Source of the DNA: Planctomycetales bacterium
GTDB lineage: Bacteria; Omnitrophota; Gorgyraeia; Gygaellales; Profunditerraquicolaceae
Assembly: GCA_005239725.1 (NCBI GenBank)
Contig: SBBM01000045.1
Location: 33,724-97,723 of the forward strand
Direction: 5' to 3'
DNA: 64,000 nucleotides
A program made the position numbers and the translations under genes. Every line of letters begins with the position of its first letter. The stretch's first letter is position 1. Shown piece by piece: positions 50,002 through 59,551 of the stretch. Under the pieces are notes generated by a model that was not told where the DNA came from, made no database searches, and saw only the letters and a program-made list of their open reading frames with translations.

Positions 50002-52500
50002 ATGAAAAATTCTTGGAAATTAATTGCCCTCTCATTTGTTATCGCGTTTAATTTTTTTATTGGGTATGGGAATTCTTCTCATGCCCAGGATTCCTCCAGG
50101 GAAGACGAGGCGTTTTATGTGGCCCAGAGGGCATTTGAAGACGGCTTTTACGATGTCTCCCTGTCTTTACTGGAACGTTTCCAGGCGGCATATCCGGTTT
50201 CGCCAAAATTCGCGCAGGCGGATTTATTGATAGGTCAGTGTTATTATTTTCAAAATAAGTTTTTGGAGGCATTGAAGAAGTTTGAAGGACTTTTAAATTC
50301 GGCGTTTGCCGGCGATATAAAGGATGCGGCCACCTATTGGATTGCCGAGGTGCATTTTAAGGGCAATAATTTTGTCAAGGCCGGCCAATATTATAAGACG
50401 ATAATTGATAATTATCCGAAATCCCGCTATTATCCTGCCGCTTACTATTCGCTTGGCTGGTGCTTTTTTCAGGAAGAGATGTTCGACGAGGCCCTGGGAT
50501 ATTTCAAGGCGGTAGAGGAAAAATTTCCCGCAGAGGCGCAGGACGCGTCATTTAAGATAATCGAGTGCCTTTATAATTTAAAGGAGTATGCGAAGTTAAA
50601 GGCGAGGCTCGGAAATTATATTAAAATATACGCCTCCGATAACATGAAGATGCCATACATGTATTTTTATCTGGCCGAAGCCGAATATTATCTGAATAAT
50701 TTTCAGGCTGCGATTGACGATTACTCAAAAGTTATGCAAAATAGCCGCGATGAGCGTCTGGTCGGCCTGTCAAGGCTGGGGCAGGCCTGGTCACACCTCA
50801 AGTTAAAGCAATATGACCTGGCTGAAGGCGCATTCGGCAAAATAAAAATAAGCGCCCTTGAAAAGCCGGGCAGGGATGTCCTCTTGCTGGGAAGGGCGGT
50901 ATTGTTATTTGAGACCGCGCGGTTTAGCGAAGCAAAGAATATGTATGATGAGCTTATACAGGTGGCCCCGGAGGCGGTCATTTTAATGCAGGCGTATCTG
51001 GGCAAGGGGGATGCGTTTTATAAAATGGCAGAATATGCAGATGCCAAAAACACATATAAAGCGGCATTGGATAGGGTAGTCCCGGAGGCTCTGCCCGGGG
51101 AAATCATAGACAGATTGCATTACGGGCTCGCCTGGGCATTTTTAAAAGAAGGGGAATTTAAAGAGGCGATAAGCGAATTCCAGAAGATCGCCAAAAATAC
51201 CGAAGACAAAGTTGTTAAGGTCAGCGCGCTTTGCCAGATCGGAGATACCTATCAGGATTCAGGGGATTACGCGAAAGCGCTTGATGCCTACGACGCTATA
51301 TTGAAAGATTATCCGGATAGTTTTTACGGGGATTATGTCCAGTATCAGGTTGGGCTTACCCTGTTAAAGTCTTCCAATTACGACGGCGCGATTATGAGTT
51401 TCCTTGCCTTTAAGAAGAAATTCCCGGATTCGAAGCTCCTGGACGATGTTGTTTACGCCCTGGGCCTGGCATATTTCCAGAAGCAGGATTACCGCGCAAG
51501 CCGCGAAGTATTTGTGGATTTTACATCCAGGTTTAAAGGCAGCAGCATAATGCCGCAGGCAATGTATCTTTTAGGAACAAGTTTATTTAACCTGGGTAAA
51601 TACCAGGATGCCATAGAAGTATTTAAGAATATTGCCCGGGAATATGCGCATGACCTTGAGACGGTGCAGAAAGCAGAATATGAAATAGCAGATTGCTACT
51701 ATCAGATGGGGGAAGAAAAAGAGGCAATGTCGCGCTTTAAGACGCTGCGCGCAAAATACCCGGACTCAAGCCTTACCCCCGAGATTATGTGGTGGCTGGG
51801 CGAGTACTATTACCGGCATAATGATTTGGATCTGGCGCGCCGCTATTTTTCTTCGCTTATACGGGATTTCCCGAAATCCGGCCTTATTGCCGACGCCTAT
51901 TATGTCCTGGGTTCGATTGCCCAGGAGGAATCAAAATATCCTGAAGCGATAGATTATTTCAAGAAGGTAATGGGATTAGGCAGGACCGATTTGAGCGGCC
52001 AGGCAATCATTGCGACGGGAGATATTTATTCAAAGCAGGATAATACCGGTTTGGCATTAAGCACCTACCAGGATGCCGTGAAGCAATATCCGAATCTGGG
52101 TGGCCTTATTTATCCTAAAATTGCCGGCCTGTTTTATCGGGGGGGCAATTATGCGGATTCTCTGGAGTTTTACCGCAAGAGCCTGGATATCGTCCCGGTT
52201 AAGGAGATGCCTGAGGTGCAATTTAAAATAGCCGAAATTTTAGAGGCCCAGGGGAAAACAGAAGAGGCGATTGAAGAGTATTTGAGGGTTACCTATCTTT
52301 ATTCCGATAATAGCGATTCGGGGACAAAGGCCTTTTTAAGACTGGCAAAGATTTACGAAGACAGGGAAAATTTTGCCGAGGCGCTTAATATCTATAATAA
52401 AATTTCCGTCACTGGGGTGCCGGAGGCAAAATATGCGAAAGAGCGGATTGAGTGGATAATAAAAGGGAAAAAAGTCCCGCCTGCGGCGGGATTTCGCTAA
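50002..52500 (+). CDS. Large exported TPR protein (CpoB/BamD-like repeats)
   Basis: Signal peptide and many TPR repeats with recurrent YP.S / FP.S turns. Confidence 0.85.
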   Translation: MKNSWKLIALSFVIAFNFFIGYGNSSHAQDSSREDEAFYVAQRAFEDGFYDVSLSLLERFQAAYPVSPKFAQADLLIGQCYYFQNKFLEALKKFEGLLNSAFAGDIKDAATYWIAEVHFKGNNFVKAGQYYKTIIDNYPKSRYYPAAYYSLGWCFFQEEMFDEALGYFKAVEEKFPAEAQDASFKIIECLYNLKEYAKLKARLGNYIKIYASDNMKMPYMYFYLAEAEYYLNNFQAAIDDYSKVMQNSRDERLVGLSRLGQAWSHLKLKQYDLAEGAFGKIKISALEKPGRDVLLLGRAVLLFETARFSEAKNMYDELIQVAPEAVILMQAYLGKGDAFYKMAEYADAKNTYKAALDRVVPEALPGEIIDRLHYGLAWAFLKEGEFKEAISEFQKIAKNTEDKVVKVSALCQIGDTYQDSGDYAKALDAYDAILKDYPDSFYGDYVQYQVGLTLLKSSNYDGAIMSFLAFKKKFPDSKLLDDVVYALGLAYFQKQDYRASREVFVDFTSRFKGSSIMPQAMYLLGTSLFNLGKYQDAIEVFKNIAREYAHDLETVQKAEYEIADCYYQMGEEKEAMSRFKTLRAKYPDSSLTPEIMWWLGEYYYRHNDLDLARRYFSSLIRDFPKSGLIADAYYVLGSIAQEESKYPEAIDYFKKVMGLGRTDLSGQAIIATGDIYSKQDNTGLALSTYQDAVKQYPNLGGLIYPKIAGLFYRGGNYADSLEFYRKSLDIVPVKEMPEVQFKIAEILEAQGKTEEAIEEYLRVTYLYSDNSDSGTKAFLRLAKIYEDRENFAEALNIYNKISVTGVPEAKYAKERIEWIIKGKKVPPAAGFR

Positions 52501-52531
52501 ACAAAAACAGCAGGTGCTCAAGGAGGTAATT

Positions 52532-53164
52532 ATGGATTTGTATAAGATGGGTTTGTGGCAGGTATTTTTAGCCGGCGGCCCGGTGATGTGGCCGATACTC
52601 TTGTGTTCGATATTTGCATTCGCAATAATTTTAGAAAAAGTCTGGCATCTACATAAGATAAAAATCGATAGCAGCGATTTCCTGAATAATATCCTGGATA
52701 AAATGAAACGGCATCAGATAAAGGAGGCGTTGGAAACCTGCGGCAATACGGACAGCCCTATTTCGCATATATTAAAGGCCGGAATTTTGAAATATGACCG
52801 TCCGCGGCCGCAGATTAAAGAGGCAATAGAAGATACGGCTCTATATGAGGTCCCCAAGCTGGAAAAGAACCTTACGGCATTGGCAACTATCGCGCATATT
52901 TCCCCTTTATTGGGCCTGCTGGGCACGGTGACAGGCATGGTGCGTTGTTTCCAGTCTATCCAGGCCAAAGCTGCTGCTTTTCATCCTGTTTCTCCCGGTG
53001 ATTTAGCCGGCGGGATATGGGAGGCGTTATTAACTACCGTAGCCGGCTTGATTGTAGCTATACCGACGTTTGTCGCATATAATTATCTGGTTAATCACGT
53101 AAATACTTTTATCCTGGAAATGGAAAAAGCGGCTACCGAATTAGTTAATTTCCTTACCGAATAG
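52532..53164 (+). CDS. MotA/TolQ/ExbB proton channel protein
   Basis: GGPVMWP, PLLGLLGTVTGM and EALLTTVAGL motifs. Confidence 0.95.
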   Translation: MDLYKMGLWQVFLAGGPVMWPILLCSIFAFAIILEKVWHLHKIKIDSSDFLNNILDKMKRHQIKEALETCGNTDSPISHILKAGILKYDRPRPQIKEAIEDTALYEVPKLEKNLTALATIAHISPLLGLLGTVTGMVRCFQSIQAKAAAFHPVSPGDLAGGIWEALLTTVAGLIVAIPTFVAYNYLVNHVNTFILEMEKAATELVNFLTE

Positions 53165-53176
53165 AGGGGTGAAAAA

Positions 53177-53578
53177 ATGCAATTTAAACGCCATATGGAA
53201 TTAGAACATGGGCTGAAGCAGATAGATATAGCGCCTTTGATCGATGTGGTATTCCAGCTGTTGATATTTTTTATGCTTACTTCCAGCTTTGTGGTGCAGC
53301 CGGGAATAAAGGTAAATTTGCCGAAAGCCGTGACCAGCGAAATTACAAAAATTGAGAACATCGAGATAATTCTCTCCAGCGAAAATGTCGCCTATTTAGG
53401 CGGCAAGGTTATAAATATGCAGGAATTGAGGGCATTCCTTAAACAGGTGGCTAAAAGGAACCTCCCTATTTTAATCAAATCAGACAGGCGGGCATCTCTG
53501 GGGAGGGTTGTAGAGATCTGGGATATGTGCCGGGATTTAGGCATAACGCAGATAAACATCGCCACTAACCAGGAATAA
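53177..53578 (+). CDS. ExbD/TolR family protein
   Basis: APLIDVVFQLLIFFML motif. Confidence 0.95.
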   Translation: MQFKRHMELEHGLKQIDIAPLIDVVFQLLIFFMLTSSFVVQPGIKVNLPKAVTSEITKIENIEIILSSENVAYLGGKVINMQELRAFLKQVAKRNLPILIKSDRRASLGRVVEIWDMCRDLGITQINIATNQE

Positions 53579-53579
53579 G

Positions 53580-54209
53580 ATGGTCTGGCCCATAAAAAAG
53601 GCTATTCTGGTTTCATTGGCGGGGCACGCGGCGGCATTCAGTATCTTCAGTTTTTCTTTTGGAAATAAAATTTTAAAAAGCGAATATAGCCCCGTGTCTT
53701 TTTTGGGCCAGATCCTTATGGATTGCGATTTGACTTTGCCCGGGAATATCCATGCCCTTGCCAGCCGTTACATGCGTAAAGATGTTACTCTATTGTCTTT
53801 CCTGAGAGATGGCGATGATAAAACCGGATTAACACCCGGGTATAATTTAAAGCCGATGGCAAAATTTCCATTCTCATTCTATACCGATAAAGAAAAATTT
53901 TTATACCGCACGCCTGCAGGCCCGTTTTCCCCCAGGAAAAAGGAACCGGCTATCATATTCCACCCTTTGCTTCCTTATCATTTTTTGCTTTATTTTAAAG
54001 ACAGGCAGGCGGTTCATATTGAGCTTTCTTTTAACCGGGTATCTTCATTGGGCTCGGTTGTGATTAAACGCAAAATTTCTTCAGGAAACCTTGAAGCCGA
54101 CCTTTTAGCCATGCGCTATATCGGCCACCTTTTTTATATAGGCGAAGAAAGATTTTCATTTGACCGGTGGAATACCGTAAAAATCGACCTTTCGGCAAAA
54201 AATGATTAA
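53580..54209 (+). CDS. Divergent TonB/TolA-like energy transducer
   Basis: N-terminal TM with SxxxH (SLAGH). C-terminal ISSGNLEADLLAMRY resembles TonB_C. Follows exbBD. Confidence 0.5.
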   Translation: MVWPIKKAILVSLAGHAAAFSIFSFSFGNKILKSEYSPVSFLGQILMDCDLTLPGNIHALASRYMRKDVTLLSFLRDGDDKTGLTPGYNLKPMAKFPFSFYTDKEKFLYRTPAGPFSPRKKEPAIIFHPLLPYHFLLYFKDRQAVHIELSFNRVSSLGSVVIKRKISSGNLEADLLAMRYIGHLFYIGEERFSFDRWNTVKIDLSAKND

Positions 54210-54423
54210 TCTGGATTTTTCGCTGGGGATCTCTTTGTATGCCATCTTTTTCCTTAATATACTGCTGATTCTCTGGCTTTTTGGCATGAGAGAGAAAGAT
54301 AGGGACCTGTATCTGGACCCCAAATTTACCTGGTTTTGTTCGGTTTGTACCTATACCTATATAAATACCAGGGAAAATCCGATCTCAAAATGTCCCAGGT
54401 GCGGAAGCTACAACAAAAAGTAG
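54202..54423 (+). CDS. Small membrane-anchored Zn-ribbon protein
   Basis: One TM followed by CSVC-x12-CPRC. Confidence 0.65.
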   Translation: MINLDFSLGISLYAIFFLNILLILWLFGMREKDRDLYLDPKFTWFCSVCTYTYINTRENPISKCPRCGSYNKK

Positions 54424-54451
54424 TTGACAGGCATTCTTTTCTATCTATAAT
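54424..54451 (+). promoter_or_regulatory. Sigma70 promoter
   Basis: TTGACA, 16 bp spacer, TATAAT, then AGGAGG SD. Confidence 0.75.
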
Positions 54452-54469
54452 GAAATCAGGAGGTAAGAC

Positions 54470-54676
54470 ATGATTACCGAAATTGGAATAGTGGCGGGGG
54501 ACATATGGCATTTTTTGGACCAGCATGGGGATGTAATGCTCCCGGCCCTGATTAAAGGGATTGACAAGCACCGCGATGATGTCCTGATGAGCTTGGGTTG
54601 GCTGGCCAGGGAAGGTCACGTCGTTTTGCAGAAAATCGGAGATGATTACAGAATAAGTTTAAGGAAGAATGTTTAG
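54470..54676 (+). CDS. DUF2582 winged-helix protein
   Basis: IGIVAGDIW...LGWLAREG signature. Confidence 0.85.
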   Translation: MITEIGIVAGDIWHFLDQHGDVMLPALIKGIDKHRDDVLMSLGWLAREGHVVLQKIGDDYRISLRKNV

Positions 54677-55061
54677 GACCCCGGGATTAATTCTAAATAA
54701 TAAGGCAGTTGTTTTATACATGACGCTGGCGACAATATTAATAGTAGCCTTATTGGCCGCAATCCTTTTAAACCTGACTTTAAGCCAGTCCAGACTTACG
54801 CATCATCAAGTAAGCCGCATTCAAGCCTATTATGCCGCAAAGGCAGGAATTGTTTATGCGGTGGAGCAGCTAAGGAGCGGAGGATCAACGAGTACGAGTT
54901 ATTCTTTATCTGATTCTGATTTCCCTTCCAGTATTAAGAATAAGACTGTAGCGATTACAGTAACGCCTTATGGAAACGGTGCTTGTACCAGCGCCTATGT
55001 GCCTAGCGGTGTCGCTGCCTGCGTTAGTTCTACAGTAACCTATACCTACACTATCCCCTGA
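54669..55061 (+). CDS. PilX/GspK-like minor pilin
   Basis: NNKA|VVL hydrophobic helix without Glu5, QAYYAAKAG motif, two Cys. Confidence 0.65.
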   Translation: MFRTPGLILNNKAVVLYMTLATILIVALLAAILLNLTLSQSRLTHHQVSRIQAYYAAKAGIVYAVEQLRSGGSTSTSYSLSDSDFPSSIKNKTVAITVTPYGNGACTSAYVPSGVAACVSSTVTYTYTIP

Positions 55062-55201
55062 TTTTTCCCATTCTAAATCAGTTATAATCTAAGTAAGTCC
55101 GTTATAAAGATATTTGTCTTAATTTTTGCATTTTTCCGACGACATAATGACATAGATTAAGTTTAAGTAAGTTTAAATAAGGTTGTTATAAAAAAAATAA
55201 A

Positions 55202-55238
55202 AAAATACTTGACAATATAAGTATTTTATGATTAAATT
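55202..55238 (+). promoter_or_regulatory. Promoter with palindromic operator upstream of the pilus cluster
   Basis: AAAATACTT-N8-AAGTATTTT overlapping TTGACA (55209-55214). Confidence 0.65.
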
Positions 55239-55277
55239 TAGTCTGTAGTAACCAGTTATGGAAGAATGGAGTTTGCT

Positions 55278-55466
55278 ATGCAGAAGCTTATGAATATTGA
55301 CGAACTCGCGGATTACCTACGTTTACAAAAACAGACGATTTATAATTGGTTATATCAGGGTAAAATTAGCGGAATTAAGCTGGGGGGGGTCTGGAGGTTT
55401 GACCGCAAAGAAATAGACTCCTGGTTAAAAAATAGAAGGCGTTTATCAAAAATAGGAGATAGATAA
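55278..55466 (+). CDS. HTH_17/excisionase-family DNA-binding protein
   Basis: LMNIDELADYL...TIYNW...KLGGVWRF pattern. Confidence 0.9.
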   Translation: MQKLMNIDELADYLRLQKQTIYNWLYQGKISGIKLGGVWRFDRKEIDSWLKNRRRLSKIGDR

Positions 55467-55469
55467 GCA

Positions 55470-56993
55470 ATGAACCATCTGGGCGTATATTTTGGTCCAA
55501 GCCAGATTACCCTGGTAGAAGTTAGGGGAAAGAAAATTGTAGCTTCCTGCCAGATTCCGCTTGGCCGGATTTCCGGCCCGGCTTTCGGGGAAGAAAAAAT
55601 ACCCGAGGAGGTAAAATTAGTCGCCTTGTTTAAGGACGAGCTGCGCAAGAGCAAAATCAGCGCCCAGGAAGCGGTAATCGGCATTTCCGGTAAAGACCTG
55701 ATTATCCGCACCTTTGACCTTCCCAGGATCCCCCGGGAAGAAGAAACTAGTGCCATAAATTTTGAAGTGCGCAAATACATACCTTTCCGCATCGAAGATT
55801 TAATTTCGGATTTCCAGCTGGATTTCGACAGGGTCATGCGCAAGAATTTTGTCTTATTTATCGGAATAAAAAAGGATGTGCTCGATAAGTATGTTTCGAT
55901 ATTTAACCAGCTGGAAATAAGGTTAAATTCGATAGAGTATTCGGCTTTCAGTATTTTAAGGCTGATTAAGTCGTTTGGCTTTCGCGGGGCCGGCATAGCA
56001 GGGATTGTTAATATTGATTTAAACGCATCCGATGAGGCAAATTTTATGGTTTTAAAAAACGGGTTTCCCCTGTTCAGCCGCGACATAATCCTGGCAGGTG
56101 AAGCGGATACCGGCGCCCTGCTCGATAAGTTAAAGGCGGAATTGCGCGTTTCCCTGGATTTTTATCACCGTAAATTTGTTTCTAAAAATATCGAGCAGAT
56201 ATATTATCTCTGCCCCGCGGAATACCGCTCTGAATTAGAGGGATTTACCAAAGAAATAAATTATAGCAGCAAATTTATAGATACCCGTAAATACATGGAT
56301 AAAACAATCCCCTTCTCTTTAAGCCTTTTGAAGGCGTACGGCTCCTCTCTTGATAAGGCGGTGAGAGGGGGCATCAGGATAGATTTATTGGCGGCAAGGG
56401 AAAGGCTGGCATACGCCAAAGAGGGAGAGGTTGCGCCTAAAAAACTGTTGTTACGGCAGCTTGCCGGTTTAAGGCCGAAACCCTATATAATTGCCGTTGC
56501 CGCGCTCCTCTGTATTTCAGCCGTTGCCTTCGGAATTTATAAAAAAATCCCCATACAGAAAGAAATGCAAAATATTATCGATGCGCGCATCAGCGTTCCC
56601 TCGGTAAGCAAAGATGCCACTTATGAGGAGCTCCTTGGCATGGGGGAAAAGTATAAAGAAAAAATACAAGCACTGGACAATGCGGTTAATAATCAGCCGT
56701 TTGTAACCGAAATCCTTAATGGCTTGCCGAAAATCCTGCCAGAGGGGGTATATTTGCGGGATTTTTCGTTTCGGGTTGGAGAAAATAAGAAAGCCAGCCT
56801 TACGATAAGAGGTATTGCTTACCTTGCCGACAACGAGAAGGAAATGTTGGCGATTAATACATTTTTTTCAAGCCTTAAAAATGACCCCGCTATAAATAAA
56901 TATTTTTCCCAGAAAAATATCATTTCCATACAACAGGAGGCGGACGAAAAAATCACGCTAACAAAGTTTGAAATTGCATGCCAAAAGCAATAA
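55470..56993 (+). CDS. PilM-like actin-fold protein fused to a TM and a PilN-like domain
   Basis: PilM-type IRTFDLP...AINFEVRKYIPF, then a TM (PYIIAVAALL), then LPEGVYLRDF...IRGIA. Confidence 0.7.
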   Translation: MNHLGVYFGPSQITLVEVRGKKIVASCQIPLGRISGPAFGEEKIPEEVKLVALFKDELRKSKISAQEAVIGISGKDLIIRTFDLPRIPREEETSAINFEVRKYIPFRIEDLISDFQLDFDRVMRKNFVLFIGIKKDVLDKYVSIFNQLEIRLNSIEYSAFSILRLIKSFGFRGAGIAGIVNIDLNASDEANFMVLKNGFPLFSRDIILAGEADTGALLDKLKAELRVSLDFYHRKFVSKNIEQIYYLCPAEYRSELEGFTKEINYSSKFIDTRKYMDKTIPFSLSLLKAYGSSLDKAVRGGIRIDLLAARERLAYAKEGEVAPKKLLLRQLAGLRPKPYIIAVAALLCISAVAFGIYKKIPIQKEMQNIIDARISVPSVSKDATYEELLGMGEKYKEKIQALDNAVNNQPFVTEILNGLPKILPEGVYLRDFSFRVGENKKASLTIRGIAYLADNEKEMLAINTFFSSLKNDPAINKYFSQKNIISIQQEADEKITLTKFEIACQKQ

Positions 56994-57006
56994 AGGCGGC
57001 TAAAAG

Positions 57007-57519
57007 ATGGATAAATTGATAAATTTGCTGAGCAAGTATAAAAACGCGCTTTTAAATGTGGCAATAATCGCACTTGCCCTGGTGATTAGCAAAAACATTT
57101 ATCAAAACCAGGCGAAAGAGATTTCCACCTTAATGCAGTTAAAAGAGTCCGCGCAAAAGAAGAATGCGGCGTTGGAAGATATATCTCAACTGCAAAAGAA
57201 ATTCGCTGTTTTCAGGGCCTCTATCAATAACAAGGATATCGCTATAGTGATGGGCAAAATCAGCGATATCGCCAAGGAATACGGGATTAAGATTCTTTCA
57301 GTCAGGCCCTTGCCGGATAAAGACTGCGGCACGTATACCGCATATGCCTTCGATTTAAATATTACTTCTGCCAGCTACCATAATTTAGGTAAGTTTATAA
57401 GCAAACTGGAAAGTTCGCCCGATATATATTATATTACTAATTTAAACATGGCCAGAAGGGAAAAGGATGAATTCATTACTGTCGGCATGACCGTGAATAC
57501 AATGTGGGTAAAGGACTAA
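57007..57519 (+). CDS. PilO/GspM-like protein
   Basis: TM, coiled coil and SYHNLGKFISKLE motif. Confidence 0.75.
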   Translation: MDKLINLLSKYKNALLNVAIIALALVISKNIYQNQAKEISTLMQLKESAQKKNAALEDISQLQKKFAVFRASINNKDIAIVMGKISDIAKEYGIKILSVRPLPDKDCGTYTAYAFDLNITSASYHNLGKFISKLESSPDIYYITNLNMARREKDEFITVGMTVNTMWVKD

Positions 57520-57534
57520 TCTCTTAAGCATGAT

Positions 57535-58062
57535 ATGAAAAAAAACAACCTTCAGGGTATGGGCATAATAGTCGGCACGCTTCTATTAAGCGTAACGTCT
57601 GTGAGCGCGGACCAGCAATTTAACCGCATGGTGCAAATGGAAAAAAGGGAACAGCCCGCAGTTCCGGCGCAGGGGGCGCCTGATGTTGAGCGGGACGTTA
57701 TCCGAAAGCCGAATCTGGAATATAAATCAGAAAAATTGCCCGACCCCTTCCGGAAGCAATTTGAAGAAGTCGCAGCCGCTGCAGAGGCCCCCGTTAGCCG
57801 GGAAGAAGGTTATAGCAACGAATTGTCAGCAGAGCTGCGTGATTCCTTTGCGATACAGGGTATTATCTGGGGAGGCAGGTTTCCCCAGGCTATTATGAAT
57901 AATAAGGTGGTAAAGGTGGGCGATGAAGTAATGGGCGCGCGTATTATTGAAATAAATCCAAACGGTATATCGGTTCTTTTTGAGGACCGGGTTTATAATG
58001 TCACTTTATCTACACTGGATAAATTATTGGAAGGTTCAAAAGGAGGCGAAGATGAAAAGTAG
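57535..58062 (+). CDS. PilP/GspB-like protein
   Basis: PDPF and IQGIIWG..AIMNNKVVKVGD motifs. Lies between pilO and the secretin gene. Confidence 0.6.
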   Translation: MKKNNLQGMGIIVGTLLLSVTSVSADQQFNRMVQMEKREQPAVPAQGAPDVERDVIRKPNLEYKSEKLPDPFRKQFEEVAAAAEAPVSREEGYSNELSAELRDSFAIQGIIWGGRFPQAIMNNKVVKVGDEVMGARIIEINPNGISVLFEDRVYNVTLSTLDKLLEGSKGGEDEK

Positions 58063-59551
58063 GCTGAATCTAATTATTTTTACCGCGGTTTTCCTGATTT
58101 GCAACCCCCCGAAGTCTAATGCCGCCCTTGATATTGCTTTCCCCAACCCTGAGCAGGAGATATCCATGGATTTACAGGATGCCAGCTTAAAAGACGTTTT
58201 GAAAATATTTTCCATGCAATCCGGATTGAATTTTGTGGCATCGGAAAACGTGGAGGACCGAAAGATTACCTTATATTTTGACAAGGTGTTGATAAAAGAC
58301 GGAATGGATAAGTTATTTATGGCCAACAACCTGTCATACGAATTGGACCCGGATTCGAAAATTTTTCTTGTCAAAGATTGGGGAAAACCGGAAGTGGAAA
58401 CCGTTACCCGGGTTTTTTACCTCAGATACGCTACGGTTTTAGTCTCTCCCCTGAAAAATGAAGTATCGACAACTACTACTACAACTACCGACACTACCAG
58501 TAGCGGAGACACTGATGAAGAAGATACCGGCATTACCGGCGCGGTAAAGAAACTCCTTTCCGCGGAGCACGGTTCAGTGATTGAAGACCCCCGGACAAAC
58601 AGCCTCATTGTTACGGACATCCCGAGCAAGATGCCGGTAATTACCAAACTCATCGCATCCCTGGATGTGCCCATGCCCCAGGTATTACTTGAAGTGGAAA
58701 TGCTTGATGTGAATAAATCCATCACCGATAAGGTTGGTTTTAATTTCGGTTCCGCAGGGTCGTATGCCATGCAGGTAGTAAGCGCTTCCCGAGGGACTGT
58801 CTTTCCTCTGGCTGCCTTAACAAGCAAAGAGGCAGTTTCGGATAATGTAACCGCAGGGACGTTAAGCTTTCCAACAACCCTTAAAGTAGTCCTGGACTTT
58901 TTGAAGACCCAGGCCGATACGAAGTTTCTTGCCAGGCCGCGCATTTTGACGTTAAATAACCAGCCGGCAGAGATAAAAATTGCCACCGATGAGTCCGTCG
59001 GTGTTACCACTACAACAAGTTCAACAGCTGGGACAACTACGGCTACGCCTGAGCGTGTGTCAACCGGGGTAACTCTAAAAGTTACGCCGCAGATTAATGT
59101 GGATACCGGCGAGATTACGATGTCCATCCTTCCCGAGGTATCCGAGGCAACCCAGGGGAATAGTTTCACCAGTAGCGGCGCTACTTTTCAATACCGCGAC
59201 CCGGAAACGCGCAGCACTAAATCCCTCGTAAGGGTAAAAGACGGGGAAACGGTTATTATAGGCGGTTTAATCCGCAATGAATTTTCGCAGACTATCACAA
59301 AGCTTCCCATATTAGGGGATATTCCGCTGTTTGGAAAATTATTCACCCATAGAAATAATGATAAGAATAAAGAACGCGAATTATTGGTGTTTATTACTCC
59401 GCACATTGTCAAGGATACAGGCAGTAAGACAGCCCTCGCCCAGGCAAAGAAGCCCGGGCTCCCGGAAAGGGAGCAGGATGCGTTTCCGGTCTCTGACCGG
59501 CAAGCCGCCATCAATTCTACGTTGACTAATTTTGAAAAGATGAAGAAATAA
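58052..59551 (+). CDS. Secretin (PilQ/GspD family)
   Basis: DPRTNSLIV, QVLLE, PRILTLNNQPA and LPILGDIPLFGKLF motifs. SD AGGAGG. Confidence 0.92.
   Translation: MKSRLNLIIFTAVFLICNPPKSNAALDIAFPNPEQEISMDLQDASLKDVLKIFSMQSGLNFVASENVEDRKITLYFDKVLIKDGMDKLFMANNLSYELDPDSKIFLVKDWGKPEVETVTRVFYLRYATVLVSPLKNEVSTTTTTTTDTTSSGDTDEEDTGITGAVKKLLSAEHGSVIEDPRTNSLIVTDIPSKMPVITKLIASLDVPMPQVLLEVEMLDVNKSITDKVGFNFGSAGSYAMQVVSASRGTVFPLAALTSKEAVSDNVTAGTLSFPTTLKVVLDFLKTQADTKFLARPRILTLNNQPAEIKIATDESVGVTTTTSSTAGTTTATPERVSTGVTLKVTPQINVDTGEITMSILPEVSEATQGNSFTSSGATFQYRDPETRSTKSLVRVKDGETVIIGGLIRNEFSQTITKLPILGDIPLFGKLFTHRNNDKNKERELLVFITPHIVKDTGSKTALAQAKKPGLPEREQDAFPVSDRQAAINSTLTNFEKMKK

Noticed and set aside
55278-55466. Prophage or ICE excisionase
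   Set aside because: No integrase, att-associated tRNA or phage genes nearby.
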